A stretch of 64,000 bases of DNA from Candidatus Heimdallarchaeum aukensis (GTDB lineage Archaea; Asgardarchaeota; Heimdallarchaeia; Heimdallarchaeales; Heimdallarchaeaceae). A program made the translations under genes and the position numbers. Positions 29,944 to 37,639 of the stretch are shown piece by piece (the stretch's first letter is position 1; the number at the start of each line of letters is the position of its first letter). The stretch covers positions 512,001 to 576,000 of the forward strand of contig CP084166.1 in assembly GCA_021513695.1 (NCBI GenBank), written 5' to 3'. The notes under the pieces were generated by a model that was not told the DNA's origin, searched no databases, and saw only the letters and a program-made list of their open reading frames with translations.

Positions 29944-30584
29944 CTTTTTTTCTCTTTTTTATCTTTAATTTTGTAGTATAAGATTTCTAGTCCAGGTTTG
30001 ACTATAAATACAATTACAAGAACACTAACTCCAATCCCAATGATTATAAAAAGTATTTTTAACAAATCGCTATTATCTTGCAGAGGATCAGAAATATATT
30101 GTTCAGTTTCGTGATTTATTGCAATTTTTATTTTTTCTTCAAGAGTTGAAGCGTAGGTAAATCCTTCAAATATGGCTACTATATAATTATAATCATCTAA
30201 AATTATTATAAATGGAACAATTCTTATCTTGTAATCTACGACTGTTTTATTAGTTACATACCCCATTATCCAGTTTTCAGAAAGATTATTTTCTTTTTTA
30301 TAATCTAAAAGTTGTTCATTTGTTTTGTTGAATTTTGCAGATAGACCGAAGATTGTAATGTTATACCTCTCTTCTACTTCTTTTATTTCATCTATTTCAA
30401 GATGACAATTTGGGCAAGTAGGAAGATAGACAAAAACTATTTTTATACCTGAATAATAAGTAACATCATCATTTTCTCCTTCTGTGTTTATAAAAGATAT
30501 ACTAACATTACTAGCATTGGCAAATAAAGAACTTAATGAAATTACTATTATGAACACTGATAGGAAATGAATTATTTTTCTCAT
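29940..30584 (-). CDS. Membrane-anchored thioredoxin-fold protein (CPNC motif)
   Basis: A signal peptide, a CxxC motif (YLPTCPNCHLE) and a C-terminal TM helix are seen. Confidence 0.45.
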   Translation of the reverse strand: MRKIIHFLSVFIIVISLSSLFANASNVSISFINTEGENDDVTYYSGIKIVFVYLPTCPNCHLEIDEIKEVEERYNITIFGLSAKFNKTNEQLLDYKKENNLSENWIMGYVTNKTVVDYKIRIVPFIIILDDYNYIVAIFEGFTYASTLEEKIKIAINHETEQYISDPLQDNSDLLKILFIIIGIGVSVLVIVFIVKPGLEILYYKIKDKKEKKS

Positions 30585-30708
30585 TACACTTAATCACAAT
30601 AGAGCACTTTTAAATCTCATTATTGATTAATATTAAGTGAAATTCTTTTTTCATTTTATTAAAAAAAAGTTTTTAATTCAGAACAAACAATAACAATTTG
30701 AAGAGAGA

Positions 30709-32706
30709 TTGACACTACAAGATTCTGACTTTGATATTCCAGAAGAATTTTCTTCTTATAACAAGTTTTTAATGGAAAACAAGAAAATCATTTTACCTAA
30801 AATAAAAGAATGGATGAAAAAAGGAAAAACTTTTTTCCAATCATTGGTCTATGCATGTGATGAGATAGGTTCAGAGCTACCTACTCCAGATGTGTTAAAA
30901 CCCACTTTCTTAGAAATAGCTATAATTGGATATTTCCTTTTAGATGAATATGAAAAAGTATTGAAAATAGAGACTATAAGCGATAATTTTCTTTCAAACT
31001 ACTTTAAATATAAATCTGCTTGGTTATTAGGTCACAAGAAAGCACAAGCTTACCTAGCTGATCTTGTACCGTCATTAATGGAGTTAAAAAAGCAAAATAA
31101 AGAGATTTACGAAATCTGTAACAATATAATCTCTCTTGAGGTAAGTTTCATCTCTTCTAACAAAGAAAATATATTAAAACATGCTGCACAGTTCAAGCAA
31201 GATCTTTTTGATAAATCACTTATCACTACTTTTCCTCTTTTGGCTATCGAAATTGCAGGAGATTTAGCTTACAGAGAATACAGAACTGGAGATCCTGCTT
31301 TCTCTGGTTGGCTTGAAATCTATAAAGAATTAGTAGAAGCTTTTAACATGGATTCTAGGAGATTAGACTGCTACACCATTTTAGGTGGTCTTTACAGGTA
31401 CAAGGGATATTTAGAAGATGCAGAAGAATATTACAAAAGAGCTATGGAATTATCAGAAAAAATAGGAAACGAAAAAGCATACAACGAAATAATAGCAAAG
31501 ATAGCGGATTTTGAACACACTAGAGGAAACTTTGACGTTGCTTTAAAACTCTGTCTGGATGTCATTCAAAAAACTGAAGGAAAAGGAGAGATTAACAAGT
31601 CAATTTACATAAATTTAGGCGAAATCTTAATTAAACAACAAAAGTACGAAGAAGCAGTAAAATATCTGAAAAAATTAGAGAACGATGAGTCTCAAGAAAC
31701 AGCTATAATTAACATTCTCCACGGTTATGCCTTAACTAAATTAGATGAAAAAGAATTATATAATAGTGGAATCAAATTACTGGAAAAGGGAGGAGCTTTA
31801 AGCGAGAAAACAGGAAATAGAAGATTTTTGACAATTTATTACTATTACAGAGGAAGAGCTCATTTAGACAGTTATGACTTGTCTTCAGCTATAAAGAACT
31901 TTGAAATGTGTTATAATACAGCAATAAATACAGAGTTTCAATATGTTCTTTTTTCTCAAATCTACTTGGCAGTAGCTTATCTTCACCGTTTCAAAGTTTC
32001 TCAACAAGATGCAGATCTTACTCAATCAAAACATTATGTTGCAAATGTAATCACGATATGTAAAGAGCAAAACTTACCTATTTTGGCTAACATTCTACTT
32101 CTACAAGGTCAAATTCTAATGGTTTTAGAGGAGTATATTGATGCAAAGCATATTTTAGAACAAGCAGTGATTGAAGCAGAAAAAGTTGAACTTGACTGGA
32201 CAAAAGAAAAAGCTGAACAGTATCTAGAACTATTGTACTCTAATGAACGAATTAAAAACCAAATTCTGATAAATGAAATAACTGAACTAATTGATAATAT
32301 TGCCAAGTTTTCTTTCCAGAAAAATATTGAGTATTTACCTCATTTTTACTTCTTAATGCTTATGTATAAAGGAAATGAATTAATTACTAAAAGTTTTGAC
32401 AAAGAATTTGAAGAGAAAAGTCACTTAGTTAAAGATTTGGTTCATGCAGTAGCTAGCTTCGATGAATATGAGGGTATAAGAAGCATAAATTTTGAAGGAA
32501 TAACGTTAATAATAGAAAAAGTAAGAAATATTACAGCAATACTTGCTAGTGATTCAGATAGTTTTAATGCTAGAATAAAAATAATTGAAATATTAAAAAA
32601 CTTGCAAAAATACCTCCAATCAATTGTAACAGAAGAAGATGAGATATTCATTACTATATTAAAAGATAAAGCACTGAGAATAATAGAAAAAACTTTTGAA
32701 ACCTAA
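30709..32706 (+). CDS. TPR-like repeat protein
   Basis: TPR-like helical repeats (YTILGGLYRYKGYLEDAEEYYKRAMEL, IYINLGEILIKQQKYEEAVKYLKKL) are seen. The start codon is uncertain. Confidence 0.4.
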   Translation: MTLQDSDFDIPEEFSSYNKFLMENKKIILPKIKEWMKKGKTFFQSLVYACDEIGSELPTPDVLKPTFLEIAIIGYFLLDEYEKVLKIETISDNFLSNYFKYKSAWLLGHKKAQAYLADLVPSLMELKKQNKEIYEICNNIISLEVSFISSNKENILKHAAQFKQDLFDKSLITTFPLLAIEIAGDLAYREYRTGDPAFSGWLEIYKELVEAFNMDSRRLDCYTILGGLYRYKGYLEDAEEYYKRAMELSEKIGNEKAYNEIIAKIADFEHTRGNFDVALKLCLDVIQKTEGKGEINKSIYINLGEILIKQQKYEEAVKYLKKLENDESQETAIINILHGYALTKLDEKELYNSGIKLLEKGGALSEKTGNRRFLTIYYYYRGRAHLDSYDLSSAIKNFEMCYNTAINTEFQYVLFSQIYLAVAYLHRFKVSQQDADLTQSKHYVANVITICKEQNLPILANILLLQGQILMVLEEYIDAKHILEQAVIEAEKVELDWTKEKAEQYLELLYSNERIKNQILINEITELIDNIAKFSFQKNIEYLPHFYFLMLMYKGNELITKSFDKEFEEKSHLVKDLVHAVASFDEYEGIRSINFEGITLIIEKVRNITAILASDSDSFNARIKIIEILKNLQKYLQSIVTEEDEIFITILKDKALRIIEKTFET

Positions 32707-32725
32707 AAAAAGAAAGAAAAAGAAT

Positions 32726-33670
32726 CTATAATTTAGGTAAGATCTCTTTTGAGAAAAGTTTCATTTGTTCAATTTCTTGGTTTCCTGGAAACATAAAAAT
32801 AAAATGACTAACACCTAATTTTTTGTAATCTTTGATTTTTGTAGTTATTTCTTCAATTGTTCCGTGCATTGCTCCTTCATATCTCTTCTCAAGTTCTTCT
32901 AAAGTAAATCCTCTTTTTTCAGCTATTTCTCTCCAAGCTTTAATCTTTTCTTCTTCGCTTTCATAAATCCTGGTCCAGATACCATAACTTCTTAGTAGAG
33001 AATCTGGTTTTCTATCATTTTTTTCACAAAGTTCATCTAACAAATTCATTTTCTCTTCAAAAACTTCAAGAGGATAAGCCCAAGCTAAATTTATTCCATC
33101 AGCATATTTAGAAGCAAGTGTAAGCATCTTGATTTTGGCATACATTGTACCTACCCAAATTTTCATTGGATTTTGAACAGGTTTGGGAAAAGAAATAGCA
33201 TCTTTTAACTGATAATACTTACCTTCAAAAGTAGCCTTGTCTTCAGCCCATAACTTTCTAATTACTTGAATCGCTTCTTCAAGCATTCCTAATCTATCTT
33301 TTACACTGGGAAAAGGAATACCATAGGCTGAATACTCTAACTCTTTCCACCCTGCACCATATCCGAAGTCTATTCTACCATTAGAATAATTATCTAATGA
33401 AGCAATTTGTTTAGCAAGAACTGAAGGATAACGATAATTGTTACACAATACTAATGAACCAATTCTTAACTTTGTTGTATATGAAACTGCAGCCATCATT
33501 GCAACTATACACTCTTGACTTTCCAGATTTGTTGCATCTGCATTTAACATAAAATGATCAGAAAACCAAGCGTGAGTGAAACCCAATTTTTCTGCATTTT
33601 GTACTATATATTTTATTTGATCAAAAGAATAGCCAAATTGTGGTTCAATTTGTATTCCATAGTATGACAT
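32726..33670 (-). CDS. Luciferase-like monooxygenase (LLM) family, F420-dependent oxidoreductase type
   Basis: FTHAWFSDHF and the TIM-barrel LLM pattern are seen. The protein is ~314 aa. Confidence 0.7.
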   Translation of the reverse strand: MSYYGIQIEPQFGYSFDQIKYIVQNAEKLGFTHAWFSDHFMLNADATNLESQECIVAMMAAVSYTTKLRIGSLVLCNNYRYPSVLAKQIASLDNYSNGRIDFGYGAGWKELEYSAYGIPFPSVKDRLGMLEEAIQVIRKLWAEDKATFEGKYYQLKDAISFPKPVQNPMKIWVGTMYAKIKMLTLASKYADGINLAWAYPLEVFEEKMNLLDELCEKNDRKPDSLLRSYGIWTRIYESEEEKIKAWREIAEKRGFTLEELEKRYEGAMHGTIEEITTKIKDYKKLGVSHFIFMFPGNQEIEQMKLFSKEILPKL

Positions 33671-33729
33671 AACTGTATTTGTTTTTTTAATTAAATAAAG
33701 GTTATTGTTCCCAAATTTTCAATTTTGGC

Positions 33730-34242
33730 TTGATTCAATTTTGTATAGGAACAATATTGATAGAACAGTTTATCTTTTCTTCAAATAATAAGGAAGCATT
33801 AAAATATAAGTTCAGAAAAAAAGTAATTATGCAAGAGTCTGCACTTTTTCGATATTTTGACCAATTTGAAAGAACGGACTTGCTATTCATCAATTTCGCA
33901 TTTCTGATTATAATTATCCCAGGACTAATTTTCGGATTGTTAAGTAAAATCATTTGGATGTTTTATGTAGCTTTAGTTGTACTTTTTTTCTTTGTTTGTT
34001 GGAATTGTCTTTACTTCTACATAAAATTCAAACTAAACAAACAAGAAAAAGAACTGCTTAAGACTATTCCAAGTTTTCCTCAACTCGACTTCTGTGATTA
34101 TTGTGGTAAATCATTAGAAAATTCAGCTCCTGCAGTGATTGATAATAATCTAATCATTATTTGCCCTCATTGTGGAAAAGAAAATATTGTTAAATCAGAG
34201 GAAGAAATTGAACAAATAAACAATGAACAAGCAGATTCATAA
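33730..34242 (+). CDS. Small membrane protein with C-terminal zinc-ribbon (CxxC..CxxC)
   Basis: Two TM helices are followed by CDYCGKS...CPHCGKEN. It is the first gene of a tight three-gene co-directional block. Confidence 0.4.
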   Translation: MIQFCIGTILIEQFIFSSNNKEALKYKFRKKVIMQESALFRYFDQFERTDLLFINFAFLIIIIPGLIFGLLSKIIWMFYVALVVLFFFVCWNCLYFYIKFKLNKQEKELLKTIPSFPQLDFCDYCGKSLENSAPAVIDNNLIIICPHCGKENIVKSEEEIEQINNEQADS

Positions 34243-34259
34243 TTTAAGGAGATAAAAAA

Positions 34260-35960
34260 ATGAAAAAAAAAGCGAAAATACTTTTTTTACTAATTGTTTT
34301 CTCAAACTTAGTTTTTGTTTTGGTAACAAATACAAAAAACATTAATGCATTAAAAGAGCCTATTACTAGTGATTCTAATGAATTTCGAGCGTATAGTTTT
34401 GCTGTTCCTTACATGTACACTGATGTTACGATAAAGAAAGATGGCTCGATAGATATTTCTTATACCATTAACTTTACAAATTTTATTTTTGGAAATACTA
34501 TTGACATTATAGATATTGGTTTTCCTAATAAACATTACAATCTTAAAAGTGTTCAAGCTTGGATAGATGGTTATGAGATTACTGATATAAGGGAGAGTGA
34601 ATACATTAGTATAGGAGTAGAGATACATTTAGGTAGTCATTCTATTTTACCTGGTGAGAGCGCTGTATTGGTAGTTAAAGGGAATAATCCTAAAATGGTT
34701 TTTAAAGACGATACCAAAAAAAATTTTGCTAGTTGTGTTTTCAGGCAAACTTGGTTTAGTTCACAATTTGCTTTTGGAGAAACTGAAAGAAGAGTGAGAT
34801 TTTATTTTCCTGAAGATTTAACTGATATGAATGAAGTAGAAAAAAGAGTTTCGGACACTAGTGTAAATTTCACTAGGGAAGCAGATTACGTCGAGTTTAG
34901 CAAAACCAGTACTCCCTATGATAATGATTTTTATGTGGGTGTAGGAATACCTTCTAACTATGTTGATAAAATGTATAGGGAGTTTTGGGTTTATAGATTT
35001 GATGAACTTGTTGCTCAAGCATTGTTTTTCCTTTTCTTCTTTGGATTCTTTGGGATATTTTTCTATGTTTTTTGTATTTATCCCCTAAAAGAAAGAAAAA
35101 GATATCTCCCTCCAACTATAAAGTCGACAGGAGGAGCTGTAAGAATGGGTTTGAAACCTTCCGAAGCAGCTATTATCTTAGAAAAACCTCTTACTCTTGT
35201 AGCTTCTTTAGTTATTTACGAAATGATGTCAGAAGGATTGATTACTGTTAAACAAAAAGAACCCTTAAGATTTAAAGTTGAGATATCTACTAAAGAGAAA
35301 TCCAAATTACCTACTTACCAGAAGCATATTATTAATGGAATTAAGAAAAGAGAAAAATCAGACTTAAAATGGGAAAAGGGAAGTGTTTCTGGTGCTCGAC
35401 CACACGATCCTTTTGACCAAGATTACATAAGAAAAGCGCTTTTATCCTTAATTAGAGAAACAACTATGAAAATGAAAGGGTATAACCTGAAGAAAACAAA
35501 GAAGTACTATAATGAATTAATAGAAAGAGCTTGGCAAGACATGAAAAAAGAAAGACCAGAACTAGAAAATGCTTTCCTATGGATAATGATAGATGAAGAT
35601 TATGACGACAGAATGAAAGATCATTATCATGACTATTATTACCCTTCATGGTATGTTTATCATTATCATACCCATTATTATGGTAGAAATAGAGGAAGAG
35701 GAAGAGATAGGATAACTGGTAGAGAATTAAGAAAATCTGGTTTTAGAAGAACAAAGATAACAGATAGGGGACAGATAATCCCTGGAACAGATTTCAAGCG
35801 AATACAAAAAAATATTGTTAGAAGCCCAAGAAAATTACTTTCGTCAGTAAAATCAAAGACCAGACCTGTTTCTAGCAGCTCGGGAAGAAGTGGAGGGGGA
35901 GGAGGAGGTTGTGCTTGTGCTTGTGCTTGCGCTTGCGCTTGTGCCGGAGGAGGACGATAA
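34260..35960 (+). CDS. Bitopic membrane protein (DUF2207-like layout) with Gly6-(Cys-Ala)6 C-terminal tail
   Basis: A signal peptide and a ~230-aa ectodomain are followed by the TM helix LFFLFFFGFFGIFFYVFCIYPL. The ~300-aa cytoplasmic region contains DHYHDYYYPSWYVYHYHTHYYG, an RG-rich stretch, and ends ...SGRSGGGGGGCACACACACACAGGGR*. Confidence 0.5.
   Translation: MKKKAKILFLLIVFSNLVFVLVTNTKNINALKEPITSDSNEFRAYSFAVPYMYTDVTIKKDGSIDISYTINFTNFIFGNTIDIIDIGFPNKHYNLKSVQAWIDGYEITDIRESEYISIGVEIHLGSHSILPGESAVLVVKGNNPKMVFKDDTKKNFASCVFRQTWFSSQFAFGETERRVRFYFPEDLTDMNEVEKRVSDTSVNFTREADYVEFSKTSTPYDNDFYVGVGIPSNYVDKMYREFWVYRFDELVAQALFFLFFFGFFGIFFYVFCIYPLKERKRYLPPTIKSTGGAVRMGLKPSEAAIILEKPLTLVASLVIYEMMSEGLITVKQKEPLRFKVEISTKEKSKLPTYQKHIINGIKKREKSDLKWEKGSVSGARPHDPFDQDYIRKALLSLIRETTMKMKGYNLKKTKKYYNELIERAWQDMKKERPELENAFLWIMIDEDYDDRMKDHYHDYYYPSWYVYHYHTHYYGRNRGRGRDRITGRELRKSGFRRTKITDRGQIIPGTDFKRIQKNIVRSPRKLLSSVKSKTRPVSSSSGRSGGGGGGCACACACACACAGGGR
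35910..35945 (+). repeat. Imperfect hexanucleotide microsatellite (TGTGCT)3(TGCGCT)2(TGTGCC) encoding (Cys-Ala)6
   Basis: Read directly. It is in frame with the 34260..35960 CDS and is flanked by GGAGGAGG purine runs on both sides. Confidence 0.9.
35946..35954 (+). promoter_or_regulatory. Shine-Dalgarno-like site (GGAGGAGGA) 7 nt upstream of the rSAM gene ATG at 35962
   Basis: Sequence and spacing. The upstream gene's stop codon lies between the SD and the ATG, which suggests translational coupling. Confidence 0.5.
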
Positions 35961-35961
35961 A

Positions 35962-37284
35962 ATGCCAAAAGAAGAAAAAGAAGAACAGAAAAAGATGTTT
36001 CACCTAAGAAACGAAGAAACCTTTACTAGAATGCATTTAAGGAAAGAAAAGAAAGGACAAGGAATACTAATAGTTAACGCCAACAGAATCTTTCACCTAA
36101 ATAAAACAGCAACTCAATTCGTTGAATACATAATAGAAGGAAAAAAAGATGAAGAAATAATAAGAAAAATGGTTAACAAATACAATGTTCACGAATCACA
36201 AATAAGAACAGATCTAATGAATCTGAAGATCGCAATAGAAGATATAGTAAATAAACCAGATATTGACCCGGTACAAGAACTGTTTGACGAAGATATGGAA
36301 ATGGAGAGAATGATTTTTTCAGCTCCATTGAGAATGGACTTGGCTATAACTTACAAATGCAATAACAAATGTGTCAAATGCTACGTTGAAGAAAAAAGAG
36401 AAATAAAAGAATTAACAACAGAAGAATGGAAAAAAGTCTTAGATAAACTGTGGGATATAGGTATTCCCCACGTAACATTTACTGGAGGAGAACCCACAAC
36501 AAGAAAAGATTTAGTGAAACTAGTAGAATACGCAGAAGATATAGGCATAGTAACGGGACTAATAACCAACGGAAGAAACCTGAAAGACAAAAAGTTAGTA
36601 GAAGAACTAGTAGCAGCAGGAATAGATCATTTCCAAATAACAATAGAAAGCCATATACCAGAAGTACATGATAAATTAACAGGAGTAAAAGGATCGTGGG
36701 AAGAAACAGTAGAAGGAATAAAAAACGTTGTACCTACACCAGTGTTTATTATGACAAACACAACTCTAGTTCCAGAAAACATAAAAGAAATAGATAAAAC
36801 AATAGAATTTTTAGCTAAGTTGGGAATAGACCACTTCGCAGCAAACGGAATAATAAAAGCTGGAGGAGGAAAAGATGACTCACTAGACTTAACAGTAGAA
36901 GAACTAAACAAAACACTAGATACAATAATGAAGAAAGCTGAAGAAATGAAAATGAGATTTCTATGGTACTCACCAACAAGATATTGTGAATTTAACCCAG
37001 TAAAGAAAGGACTAGGAGTAAAACAATGTACAGCAGGAAATATAGCAATGGCAATAGAACCAGATGGACAAGTAATACCATGCCAAAGCTACTTTGAACC
37101 ACTAGGAAACATATTAACTACTCCATGGAAAAAAATATGGAACCATAAAACAACAAAAAGAATAAGAAAAAGAAAATACTTGCCCCAAGAATGCAAAGGC
37201 TGCCCAGAAAAAGAAATATGCGGAGGAGGATGCCCTCTAAATTATCAAGCGCCAATAACTGTTTGCAGAGACGCTCTTTCGTAA
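35962..37284 (+). CDS. Radical SAM / SPASM-domain enzyme with N-terminal PqqD-like RRE (RiPP-type maturase)
   Basis: An N-terminal ~90-aa PqqD-like segment (ILIVNANRIFHLNKTATQFVEYIIEGKKDEEIIRKMVNKYNVHESQIRTDLMNLKIAIEDIV) is present. The rSAM motif is CNNKCVKCY (Cx3Cx2C). The SPASM motif is CTAGN...PCQSY...CKGCPEKEICGGGCP (Cx2Cx5Cx3C). Confidence 0.8.
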   Translation: MPKEEKEEQKKMFHLRNEETFTRMHLRKEKKGQGILIVNANRIFHLNKTATQFVEYIIEGKKDEEIIRKMVNKYNVHESQIRTDLMNLKIAIEDIVNKPDIDPVQELFDEDMEMERMIFSAPLRMDLAITYKCNNKCVKCYVEEKREIKELTTEEWKKVLDKLWDIGIPHVTFTGGEPTTRKDLVKLVEYAEDIGIVTGLITNGRNLKDKKLVEELVAAGIDHFQITIESHIPEVHDKLTGVKGSWEETVEGIKNVVPTPVFIMTNTTLVPENIKEIDKTIEFLAKLGIDHFAANGIIKAGGGKDDSLDLTVEELNKTLDTIMKKAEEMKMRFLWYSPTRYCEFNPVKKGLGVKQCTAGNIAMAIEPDGQVIPCQSYFEPLGNILTTPWKKIWNHKTTKRIRKRKYLPQECKGCPEKEICGGGCPLNYQAPITVCRDALS

Positions 37285-37321
37285 TCTTAACAATATCAAA
37301 AAAAATAAAAAAGTATTTTTT

Positions 37322-37639
37322 ACCATTTTTAATAGGATAAGTAAAATTACATCTTTTTTCCTTTTCCTGTTTTTTCCCATTCACTAAACTTATCTATTAG
37401 TTCGTCAATAGCATGTGTTATCTCTTCAGTGATTTTTTCAACAATAATTAATTTGTCATCTTCAATTCGAATAGACAAAATAGAACCGAGTTCAACCAAC
37501 CATAATTCAAGTTCATTAAGATCTTCAAAACCTAATTTTTCCTGTAAAGTAATTAAAGGTATTTTAGAATTATTAGATAGGACTTTGAATAATTTTTAGC
37601 TCTTTCTATTTCAATATCGCGAGAATCAAAATAGTTCAT
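37322..37639 (-). pseudogene. Duplicated 3' tail fragment of the 40618..43875 paralog (frameshifted)
   Basis: About 290 bp is near-identical to 40618..40906. It reads [22 protein letters not shown] and then, in another frame, ...GFEDLNELELWLVELGS.LSIRIEDDKLIIVEKITEEITHAIDELIDKFSEWEKTGKGKK. Its ATG overlaps the TGA of the upstream gene (ATGA). Confidence 0.5.

Noticed and set aside
35678-35968. Minus-strand ORF reading AQAQAQAQAQAQ PPPPPP across the microsatellite
   Set aside because: It is the antisense reading of the Gly6-(Cys-Ala)6 coding repeat. The plus-strand frame is continuous with a 566-aa protein and is followed by a coupled gene.
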